DNA of 44,197 bases from a virus (lineage: Duplodnaviria; Caudoviricetes): positions 1 through 44,197 of IMG/VR virus record IMGVR_UViG_3300024249_000002, one strand, 5' to 3'. The position numbers were made by a program, and so were the translations under genes. Numbering within the stretch: the first letter of the stretch is position 1; each line of letters starts with the position of its first letter. The notes under the pieces were generated by a model. The model worked only from the letters and a program-made list of their open reading frames with translations. It was not told the origin of the DNA and made no database searches. Positions 1 to 7,342 of this stretch are shown piece after piece.

Positions 1-24
1 GGCTCGCGCCTCCCTAGACTGTAG
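1..24 (+). repeat. Terminal direct repeat, left copy (GGCTCGCGCCTCCCTAGACTGTAG)
   Basis: Identical to 44174-44197. Confidence 0.95.
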
Positions 25-32
25 AGGCCGGC

Positions 33-82
33 ATGGCGAGGCCTCTCAAACGAGATGGCGAGGCCTCTCAAACGAGATGGCG
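33..82 (+). repeat. 22-bp tandem repeat ATGGCGAGGCCTCTCAAACGAG, two copies plus a partial third
   Basis: Copies at 33-54 and 55-76, partial 77-82. Confidence 0.9.
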
Positions 83-195
83 CCCGGCGTGGCGGTTCCT
101 ATACCGTCCACAACGGGCGCCAAGATAAAGGCAACTAACGCAACTAAGCGGGTAGGACACCGGTGCTTGACAATGTGTTGCGTCAGTTGCGCGCG

Positions 196-474
196 TCACT
201 GCATGAGATCGAACACATGCACCACGCGCCCGTCCGGGTGTTTGATCGTTCCGAGGATGCGACAGAACATGACCGGTGGAAGTTCCTTGCCCGTGAAGGC
301 CACGAACAAGCTATAGGGGGACCGTGGAGCGTCCGTCTCCGGTACCTCGAACCACACGGCCAGGCCGGGTCCCTCGATACCGACGCTAAGCGCGCGCGCG
401 CCGAACGGGACCTCCAAGACAACGCCGGTGTGAGCGATTACGAGATCGTATTTCCATATCGTTCTGTGTGACAT
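196..474 (-). CDS. Conserved small phage protein (TIWKY...TG...GT...VxHVF type)
   Basis: Start re-assigned to ATG at 474 (MSHRTIWKYDL); motif pattern typical of a widespread phage family. Confidence 0.7.
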   Translation of the reverse strand: MSHRTIWKYDLVIAHTGVVLEVPFGARALSVGIEGPGLAVWFEVPETDAPRSPYSLFVAFTGKELPPVMFCRILGTIKHPDGRVVHVFDLMQ

Positions 475-475
475 G

Positions 476-811
476 TCAGTTCCCTTGACGTGCGTTGAAC
501 ACGGCGCGGACACGTTCCACGCCAGCGCGTATGGGTGCCGGCGCCTTGCGCCAGCTAGCAGCGGACGCCGCCAGGATGCCGGCACACTCCGCGCCCGAAG
601 CGTCCGCGGACAGCGCGCGCGCCGCCGTGGTGGCAACGTTGAACACGAACAAGGCGACCTCGAACGGCGCCTTAGACATGGCTATCCCAAGCGCCATGTT
701 AGTCACGTTCGTCATTTGCGCGCGCGCGGCGTCCGGAAGCTTGCGTTCCGTGGCGAGCAACAGAGTGGCCATAGAACCTAGTTGCTCCGGCGTGGTGGCG
801 TTGTTCGGCAT
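476..811 (-). CDS. Hypothetical protein
   Basis: 111-aa ORF in a tightly packed minus-strand operon. Confidence 0.65.
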   Translation of the reverse strand: MPNNATTPEQLGSMATLLLATERKLPDAARAQMTNVTNMALGIAMSKAPFEVALFVFNVATTAARALSADASGAECAGILAASAASWRKAPAPIRAGVERVRAVFNARQGN

Positions 812-815
812 GGGT

Positions 816-1211
816 TTAGTTATCCCCCTGGCCGCGCTTGGCGTGTTTCAAGTGTGTCTTGTGAATCGGGTCAGTCACGGACCCGAATGACGATAGGCGC
901 TGATGCGTTCGCTGGACTTGCTCGTCACTGGGTGGTTGCCAGGCGCCACACTGACACGTGATCAGTTGCTCTAACGGTTGTCCAAACGTTGCCGCGCCTG
1001 GCAACGTGGAGTCCGACCCGTGGATAAGCTTGGCTGTCACCGTCCCGTCCGGGCGTTCGCCATACGAATAAATCGTGTAGTGAAAGCGTGGATTCTCCGT
1101 GCTCCGGTAACACACGAGCGCTCCGTCCTTCCACCCGGGATAGCGCCGCGCCGCGGCCGCCACCGCGGCCGGGCGACCGGCCACCCATGCGTCCCATTGC
1201 TCGTTCGTCAT
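816..1211 (-). CDS. Hypothetical protein
   Basis: 131 aa; ATGA overlap with the upstream gene. Confidence 0.7.
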   Translation of the reverse strand: MTNEQWDAWVAGRPAAVAAAARRYPGWKDGALVCYRSTENPRFHYTIYSYGERPDGTVTAKLIHGSDSTLPGAATFGQPLEQLITCQCGAWQPPSDEQVQRTHQRLSSFGSVTDPIHKTHLKHAKRGQGDN

Positions 1212-1558
1212 GTGGTCCCCATGTTGCGCGTGTTGCTGGCCACGAGGCGGACGTGTGCAACGCGTTCGCGCGCATCGTTAGGCGCTAGCCGCCAGGCGTC
1301 CGCCGCCACCTCAAGCATAGCCTCCTGTGCCACGTTCACGCGGCCGGCGTGGAGCGCTTGCGCCACGTCTAGCGCGGCCGTGAGGACGGCAAGGGACTCC
1401 GGGTACGCAGCGCCTATTGTGCCGAGACCGATCGCCATGTTCGCCAAGTCACGCAACCGGTCCCGTTCGTCCGGCCGCAAGCAACGCTCCACGTCCAACA
1501 ACGTCGCCACGAGCGTCCCGAGGGATACGGACTCGTCCTGCAAGGCGCCGGCCGTCAC
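1208..1558 (-). CDS. Hypothetical protein
   Basis: 116 aa; GTGA/ATGA overlaps at both ends. Confidence 0.7.
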   Translation of the reverse strand: MTAGALQDESVSLGTLVATLLDVERCLRPDERDRLRDLANMAIGLGTIGAAYPESLAVLTAALDVAQALHAGRVNVAQEAMLEVAADAWRLAPNDARERVAHVRLVASNTRNMGTT

Positions 1559-2007
1559 GGCGCCGCCTCCCGGACCTCCGCGGACACTTGGACGAGGTCC
1601 AGCTCCGCGTTCACCACGAGATCCCGGATCCGAATGGTCGGACCGTCAGCGCCAAGCGCGTCCACGAGTCCTAGCGCGTTCGCCATGGTGAGCCAGCGAC
1701 GGTTAGGCGTGGAGATCCAGGTGTTGACCTCCGGTCCCGGTTCAAGCACGTCCACGCCATAGCGACGGAGCGCCAAGCGCTCCACGGCCTCCCGCAACGC
1801 GTCGTGGCCGGGTCCTGGCCGTCCGTACTCGCGCGCCATGACGACGTTCGCCATAACTCGAATGTCCATTGACGAGTACGCGGGGCCGTCGTCCCCGTAG
1901 CGAGCAATCAAGCTTGACGGCGCGCAATAGTACAGGTCGTGTTCGTTGTACGTCCCAAGGGACACGCACATATCACAGTCATGTGTATACAGCGGTTTAG
2001 TCGTCAT
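1555..2007 (-). CDS. Hypothetical protein with N-terminal HDCxxC motif
   Basis: Start re-assigned to ATG 2007 (MTTKPLYTHDCDMC) after a GGAGG RBS. Confidence 0.7.
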   Translation of the reverse strand: MTTKPLYTHDCDMCVSLGTYNEHDLYYCAPSSLIARYGDDGPAYSSMDIRVMANVVMAREYGRPGPGHDALREAVERLALRRYGVDVLEPGPEVNTWISTPNRRWLTMANALGLVDALGADGPTIRIRDLVVNAELDLVQVSAEVREAAP

Positions 2008-2245
2008 GTGACACGTCCTCCGCCAGGTCCGGCCGGCCGTCCGTGGCGATGTACGCCCGGACCGCGGCGTCCTTCGCCTCCAACAACTTCCGCAACGCAA
2101 CCGTCCGTTCCGGATTGCGCGGTAGCGTGCGCAAGATCCAGTCCGCCAGCGCCGCGAACGGCGCGCTGATCTCCTGCAATGCCGGTGGCAAATGGGTGTA
2201 GCGAAAGAACTGTGCAATGTGTTCTGTGTGTGTTGTGTCTGTCAT
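1997..2245 (-). CDS. Small helical-hairpin protein, possibly Acb2/Tad1-like nucleotide sponge
   Basis: FFRYTHLP..LQ.IS.PF..LA..I...LP..PERTVALRKLLEAKDAAVRA; conserved phage family, function inferred. Confidence 0.55.
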   Translation of the reverse strand: MTDTTHTEHIAQFFRYTHLPPALQEISAPFAALADWILRTLPRNPERTVALRKLLEAKDAAVRAYIATDGRPDLAEDVSHDD

Positions 2246-2652
2246 GGTTCACCTAACGTTTTGTTAGCCTCACTCGTCACCGCGTCCACGCGTTGGCAGT
2301 GGCGCTCATGGCCGGCCAGCGCGTCCGCTTCCGTGGCGTAGCGTTCCATGGCATACGCCGTGGAACCCTTGGCACCGCGAAAAACCATTGTTTCAAAGAT
2401 CGCCACCGGAGGTCCGGTTTCCGCCTGGCCGGGTCCATGGTCAACGCCAGTCCACACCGTGGATACACGCATGCCGCGGATCACGGTGACGGCCACCTGG
2501 CGCACGTCCATGCTCCGGAAGGCCTCGATACATTCGTGCACGGTAAGACACTGTCCAGCGCGCGAGTAAAACACCCAAGGCGCGTCCACGTATTCACACA
2601 GGCGCAACAGTTGCTGTGACGCCACCGCGTACGTAAACAGTTCACTAGTCAT
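2242..2652 (-). CDS. Conserved phage hypothetical protein (VSTVW.G.DH...FETMVF...RY.T...A.AGH type)
   Basis: Recognisable motif pattern; operon overlaps. Confidence 0.75.
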   Translation of the reverse strand: MTSELFTYAVASQQLLRLCEYVDAPWVFYSRAGQCLTVHECIEAFRSMDVRQVAVTVIRGMRVSTVWTGVDHGPGQAETGPPVAIFETMVFRGAKGSTAYAMERYATEADALAGHERHCQRVDAVTSEANKTLGEP

Positions 2653-3116
2653 GTTCGCACCACCTGGACCGCGTCCCAGCCTTCACGCCAGGCGCTGACG
2701 TATGCCAGTTGCGCCCGTAGGAACGCGTCCGTCCAGCCATAGTCAGGCGGCAACGGTTGCGGCCGCGCGGCGTCCCGCGCCCGGCACAGTTGCGGGTCCG
2801 CGCGCAACATGACGAGCTCACACCTGGCGCCGGCCTGACGCGCAACGCGTAGCCAGGCCTGACGTACGCCGTCCTGTAGTGCACACGTGTCAATCACAAC
2901 GTGTGCGTACTTCCAGTCCGCCAGCGCGCGCCGGAGCTGTGCGTCCAGACGCGCGTATATCGAGCCAGCGCTAGGCTGTCCGGGTCCCGGCGCCTGGCCT
3001 CGATACTCGTGGACAGACAGGATTAGCCACGAGGCGTCCACGGCCTGGCGCTGCGCCCATGTGGACTTGCCAGCGCCAGGCGGACCGCACGTCACGTAAA
3101 CCGTCACAGTTCGCAT
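2649..3116 (-). CDS. P-loop kinase (AAA_33 / polynucleotide kinase-like)
   Basis: GPPGAGKST Walker A, VVID, C..R...R lid motif; start re-assigned to ATG 3116. Confidence 0.8.
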   Translation of the reverse strand: MRTVTVYVTCGPPGAGKSTWAQRQAVDASWLILSVHEYRGQAPGPGQPSAGSIYARLDAQLRRALADWKYAHVVIDTCALQDGVRQAWLRVARQAGARCELVMLRADPQLCRARDAARPQPLPPDYGWTDAFLRAQLAYVSAWREGWDAVQVVRT

Positions 3117-3484
3117 ACAAGCGCCTCCGGGTCCGATTCTGCGAAGCACTGGCGCACGGTGGCAACGCTGGCGTGATCCTCGTCCGACATGGACGCCAGC
3201 GCCACGACGGCCGCGCCAAGCGTTCGCTCCGCGGAGGCGGGGCGCTCGCCACGCTCGGACCACTCCGCACAGATCATGACGGCCGCAACGGCCATAGCGG
3301 GTCCCGTGGGGTTCCCCCGAACGAGCAACAGGACGGCGCAGTCCACGAGCGGCCGGATCACCGGTTGCGCGTCCGCGCCTACTTCGTGTTCAGCCATGAG
3401 GACGAAAAACGTCAGCGCGGGGTTGTCCAGCGCGCCGGACATAACAGCTTGCAAACACTTTGCACACAGTAATGCGTTACCCAC
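3104..3484 (-). CDS. Hypothetical protein
   Basis: 126 aa, GTG start after GGGAGG. Confidence 0.65.
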   Translation of the reverse strand: MGNALLCAKCLQAVMSGALDNPALTFFVLMAEHEVGADAQPVIRPLVDCAVLLLVRGNPTGPAMAVAAVMICAEWSERGERPASAERTLGAAVVALASMSDEDHASVATVRQCFAESDPEALVCEL

Positions 3485-3514
3485 GATTGACCTCCCGGGC
3501 GCGCCTAACGCCCG

Positions 3515-4192
3515 TCATAGCAACACGTAATCTCCGGCCGGCAAGCGTCCCGGGACCTCCGCGGGACGCTCCGGTCCAACACGCTCCACACCTGTGACGG
3601 CGTTCAACGCCAGCGATACGTTCAAGTTGACGAGGTTTAGCGCTTGCATAGTCCGGAGATCCTCCGCCTCTAACGGTGACTGGACCCGCGCGCCTAACGA
3701 ACCTGGACCGTGATAGGAACCGTCCCGGAGGTACTCCGCGGTTCGTGCCATTTGCGCAAGTTCGATTGACGAGCCAAGCGCCACGTAACACCACAAGTCA
3801 CGTCCGGCGTGGTAGACAGAATGCATTACGCGTACAGGTTCCAAGGCGCCGGACGGCGCCAGGATCGCCAGGTTGTGATCTCGAGGGAACACGGTTAGCC
3901 AGGACAACCACGGACCGCGCGGACGCTCGGACGGGGCCTCCGTGGCAAGCGCTACGAGGCGTTGCGGCGTCACCTCGACAAGCGGCAAGCCACACGCGCG
4001 CCAGGTTCCGAGCAACGCGTATGTGACGTCCTGATCGGACGCTGGTTTGCCTGTGAGGCGCGCCGGGCGGAACGCCTGCAACCCTAGCTCCGGATGCACG
4101 TCACAGATCATGTATCCGGGATCCACGCTGGCGGCCATGCTGGCCGCGTTGCCTGCTACTTGCATGTTCGGGTTTAGTCGCGATCGGTTCAT
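3515..4192 (-). CDS. Hypothetical protein
   Basis: 225 aa, GGAGG RBS. Confidence 0.7.
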   Translation of the reverse strand: MNRSRLNPNMQVAGNAASMAASVDPGYMICDVHPELGLQAFRPARLTGKPASDQDVTYALLGTWRACGLPLVEVTPQRLVALATEAPSERPRGPWLSWLTVFPRDHNLAILAPSGALEPVRVMHSVYHAGRDLWCYVALGSSIELAQMARTAEYLRDGSYHGPGSLGARVQSPLEAEDLRTMQALNLVNLNVSLALNAVTGVERVGPERPAEVPGRLPAGDYVLL

Positions 4193-4214
4193 CCCACCAC
4201 CTCCCGGGCGCGCG

Positions 4215-4349
4215 TCACAGCGCCCACTTCAACAACACCACCACTGCAACCGTGATCAGCGCAATGGCGAGGCCAGCGCAACCCACTTGGAGATCGTCTT
4301 GCCGCTTGGCGTCCGCTAACAGTTGTTCCCATTCCTCCGGGTCCCACAT
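4215..4349 (-). CDS. Small membrane protein (44 aa, MWDPEEWEQLL...LAIALITVAVVVLLKWAL)
   Basis: Translated by hand (below the ORF-track cutoff); GGAGG RBS; one hydrophobic helix. Confidence 0.6.
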   Translation of the reverse strand: MWDPEEWEQLLADAKRQDDLQVGCAGLAIALITVAVVVLLKWAL

Positions 4350-4354
4350 GACAC

Positions 4355-4609
4355 CTAGCCTCCCATGACAAGCCAGTGATTCACACCGGCCGGCGTGACT
4401 CGATATACACGACGCTCGAACGGTGCGGACCCGCGGAAGGCCACGAGCGCCACACGTTCAAGCGCTGTCAGTGTGCGGTAAAGTTCGTGGACGTTCACCG
4501 GTCCGCGGTAGGCGGCGATCAGTTGACCCGGGCGGAGTTCCACGGCGCCGTCCAGCGCGGGTCCCATGAGCGTACGCAACACATGACGAACGAGTGCGTC
4601 CGTTGACAC
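4355..4609 (-). CDS. Small winged-helix-like DNA-binding protein
   Basis: LYRTLTALERVALV...RRVYRVTPAG resembles PadR/MarR wing motif. Confidence 0.55.
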   Translation of the reverse strand: MSTDALVRHVLRTLMGPALDGAVELRPGQLIAAYRGPVNVHELYRTLTALERVALVAFRGSAPFERRVYRVTPAGVNHWLVMGG

Positions 4610-4640
4610 GGGTAGCCTTCCTGGCGTGTGGTGACTTACA

Positions 4641-4657
4641 CGCGATATATCACGCGC
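4641..4657. promoter_or_regulatory. 17-bp quasi-palindromic motif CGCGATATATCACGCGC, copy 1
   Basis: Exact second copy at 11957-11973; both lie just upstream of gene starts. Confidence 0.5.
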
Positions 4658-5369
4658 CAGGACGCGCCGTGTCTAGGTGAATCGCGCTAGAACGCCACGC
4701 CGTGACACGATCGCGCGCGATTGCATAACGTGTGTTGTCCGGTTCCGCACCGGTGGCCAGTCGTCCTTGCGTCAGCGCCGCTAACAGCGTCGTCCCGGAC
4801 CCGGCACACGGATCACACACGACGTCACCGGGACGTGAGTAGTTATGAACAAGCGCCTGCATTAGCCATAGCGGCTTAGCTCCGCCGAACGCGAGGCGTT
4901 CACGCGCGCCCACGTACGCGCCCGGCAACGTCCCGGACCGTGGCTGCATCGCGCGCGGACGAGCAACCACGATCCACGTCGTCCAGCTGGACGGACCGTC
5001 ACCCGCCAGGCGCACGTTCGCTCCACGTATGACGGCCGGCAACGGCGCGAACACGTAGCGACCTTGCGCGCGAAAGGCGCGTTCGTACTCCGGCACGAAG
5101 TCATGCGAGCACAGGACCACGAACCAACGCCGGCACAGTGGCGACCACACATTGACGAACTCGTGGACGTCGTCCGCGGTCCATGCGTCATACGTCAAGC
5201 CGGTGGTGCTGGTTCCGGTGGCGCCGTCCACACGACGGCGGACCCGGGCGCCACGTGACACACGCGCGCTAAACGGTGGATCGGACATGACGACGTCCGC
5301 GGCGCCAAGCGCGTTAGCGGCGCTCCGGTGATCCGTGTTGAGTAATCGCCAGGTCCCGTCCAGGGCCAT
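4650..5369 (-). CDS. Orphan DNA amino-methyltransferase (N6A/N4C, beta class)
   Basis: DPPF catalytic motif precedes the KP and DPCAGSGTT SAM-binding motif. Confidence 0.88.
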   Translation of the reverse strand: MALDGTWRLLNTDHRSAANALGAADVVMSDPPFSARVSRGARVRRRVDGATGTSTTGLTYDAWTADDVHEFVNVWSPLCRRWFVVLCSHDFVPEYERAFRAQGRYVFAPLPAVIRGANVRLAGDGPSSWTTWIVVARPRAMQPRSGTLPGAYVGARERLAFGGAKPLWLMQALVHNYSRPGDVVCDPCAGSGTTLLAALTQGRLATGAEPDNTRYAIARDRVTAWRSSAIHLDTARPGA

Positions 5370-5574
5370 GTCCGTCCTCCGGACGCGCTTGGCGGAGCTG
5401 TCTCAAGTGACGCTCTAACTGGACCTGTAAGTCCCGCGCGCGCGCCAGGTATATCACGGACATATTCGTTTGACCTAACCTGTCGAACGCTTGCGCGGCC
5501 AGGTGTAAGTCCGCGATCGCGCGTGTGTGGATCTCACTAATCGAATACGTTAGGCCTGTTAGGTCGAGTTCCAT
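5314..5574 (-). CDS. Hypothetical protein
   Basis: Start probably ATG 5574 (MELDLTGL). Confidence 0.5.
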   Translation of the reverse strand: MELDLTGLTYSISEIHTRAIADLHLAAQAFDRLGQTNMSVIYLARARDLQVQLERHLRQLRQARPEDGHGPGRDLAITQHGSPERR

Positions 5575-5578
5575 TGTG

Positions 5579-6121
5579 TCACCGCTCGCGCTTGCGCTGG
5601 CCACCGGCGCGCCGGGCGCCGCGGCGTGGTGGGCGTGGCGCGGCCGGGTCCTGATGGCAACCCCACCACGAGATCAGGATCGCCGCTGACTCGTCCGATC
5701 CGAGGTCCGCTCGGCCGGTCCAGGCGCGCGCCGTTAGTTGCTCGTGGGCGCGGACGTCGTCCCGTGGCGCTCGCACCCACTCCCGTCCGAGGACGGCGGA
5801 ACGCCAGGTATTAGGCTGGACACTGATCACTTGCTTGGGTGACACCCGGGCGCGCCGGAGGGACGCGAGCCAACGTTCGCGCGCCATACCGAGTCCCACG
5901 AGGACGCGGACGTTACCTCCGAATGGATACTCCAAAACGACCACGAGCGGCGTCCCCGTCTGGCGAGCGAGATCCACCGCTCTATCCACCGGAAGGTTCA
6001 CTAACTCAGGACGCTTCGTGTCCAGCTCCCACGACGCCACGAGGCGTCCCCGGACACGGACAGCGGCGCCGCTCGTGGCTGCAACGTCCACTCCCAAAAC
6101 GGTTGTATTGAGCGCTCGCAT
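5579..6121 (-). CDS. RuvC-like Holliday junction resolvase
   Basis: LGVD...SG, VVLE, P.TWR, DE..A motifs of the RNase H-like RuvC fold. Confidence 0.8.
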   Translation of the reverse strand: MRALNTTVLGVDVAATSGAAVRVRGRLVASWELDTKRPELVNLPVDRAVDLARQTGTPLVVVLEYPFGGNVRVLVGLGMARERWLASLRRARVSPKQVISVQPNTWRSAVLGREWVRAPRDDVRAHEQLTARAWTGRADLGSDESAAILISWWGCHQDPAAPRPPRRGARRAGGQRKRER

Positions 6122-6346
6122 ACTTTTCTCGTTTTGTAGACAAATGTCCGAATACGACCCATGCGGACTACGTTCTCGTTTTATGGCTAACGTCGGTGGT
6201 ACGACATGTGTTTTTGTGACCGGCCGTGGCTAGTCGCTGACGCGCCATGACTACGGTGGTACATGCAGCTGACGGCGGCGGACGGCGGATACGTGGGTGT
6301 ACACTCACTTGGCACCCGTGACGCGTGGAGGTGGTGCGACGTGTCG

Positions 6347-7000
6347 TCATGGGTGCGCCTCCGTAGGTTGCGCTGCGACACTAGGCCACGTTTCCGGAGT
6401 ATGCACTTCACGTAGGCTTAGCCCCCACGCTGTGAGCACACGTGCGACGGTGTAACGCCGCGTAGGCGTGTGTGGTTGAACGTCGCGTCCTAGTGTGTGG
6501 ACGGGGAACAAGTCATTGTGTTGACTTTTCGCCTTGTATTCCAACAACTTATCTATCACCCGGTAGGCGCGATCGGCCTCCGCGCCCATGACGAGCGCAA
6601 GCCATTCCGGACCCGTCAGGACGATCGCTCCGCGCGCGCGGAGCATGCGTTCGCCTAGGCTTAGGCACACCCACACGTCCCGCGTGTCTCGGACAAGGCG
6701 CCAGGCGGAGGCGACAGGCAACGCCGGCGCCAGGTAGGCGGGTAGCTTGGCAAGCTCCGCAACCCGTAGGGTATGCACCACCTCGTTCGTCCCGGGCGTT
6801 GTAGGTACCGCCACGGCGCCGCAATCGGCATTCCCGGGTGTAGCCTGGACGGGTGGTGGTGCCGGAGGCGCGGCCGGGCGCGCGGTGGCGGGTGGGTGCG
6901 TGCCGGCCGGAGGCCGGTGGGTGGCCTGTCCCTGATCCGGGATTTTGAATGATCCCGCGGGTTTACGCATGGTTGCCGGCCACATTCTCCGGTCCGCCAA
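6347..7000 (-). CDS. Hypothetical protein with Pro-rich N-terminus
   Basis: 217-aa ORF; true start uncertain. Confidence 0.6.
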   Translation of the reverse strand: MADRRMWPATMRKPAGSFKIPDQGQATHRPPAGTHPPATARPAAPPAPPPVQATPGNADCGAVAVPTTPGTNEVVHTLRVAELAKLPAYLAPALPVASAWRLVRDTRDVWVCLSLGERMLRARGAIVLTGPEWLALVMGAEADRAYRVIDKLLEYKAKSQHNDLFPVHTLGRDVQPHTPTRRYTVARVLTAWGLSLREVHTPETWPSVAAQPTEAHP

Positions 7001-7342
7001 AACGTGGCCAGCAATGTGTCCGGACTCCGGAAGCGAAAAACGTCAATGATTGTCTATATATATATATAGAGTGGACACAATGGTTACATTGGACACATTC
7101 TTTGGTAGAGCCTTCCGATCGGTCTGTCGATTTTGACGTATGGTCATGCACTCCGTGCACAATGCACATGCACACATATGCACTCCTGTATTGCTCTCTC
7201 GCAGGGAATGTGGCCACAGAGTCCGACGTGACCAAACGAACGTAACTTGTTGTAAACACAAGTGAATCAGCCGGACACAGCGCTAAACCGTATGCGTCCA
7301 ATGTGGCCAGCGACCTCCCGGCCACTGTCCGGTTGCTTGCGA
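7001..7342. other. AT-rich intergenic region, putative replication origin
   Basis: Palindrome TCTATATATATATATAGA (7053-7070), repeated GGACACA and AATGTGGCCA motifs, directly after the primase-helicase gene. Confidence 0.55.
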
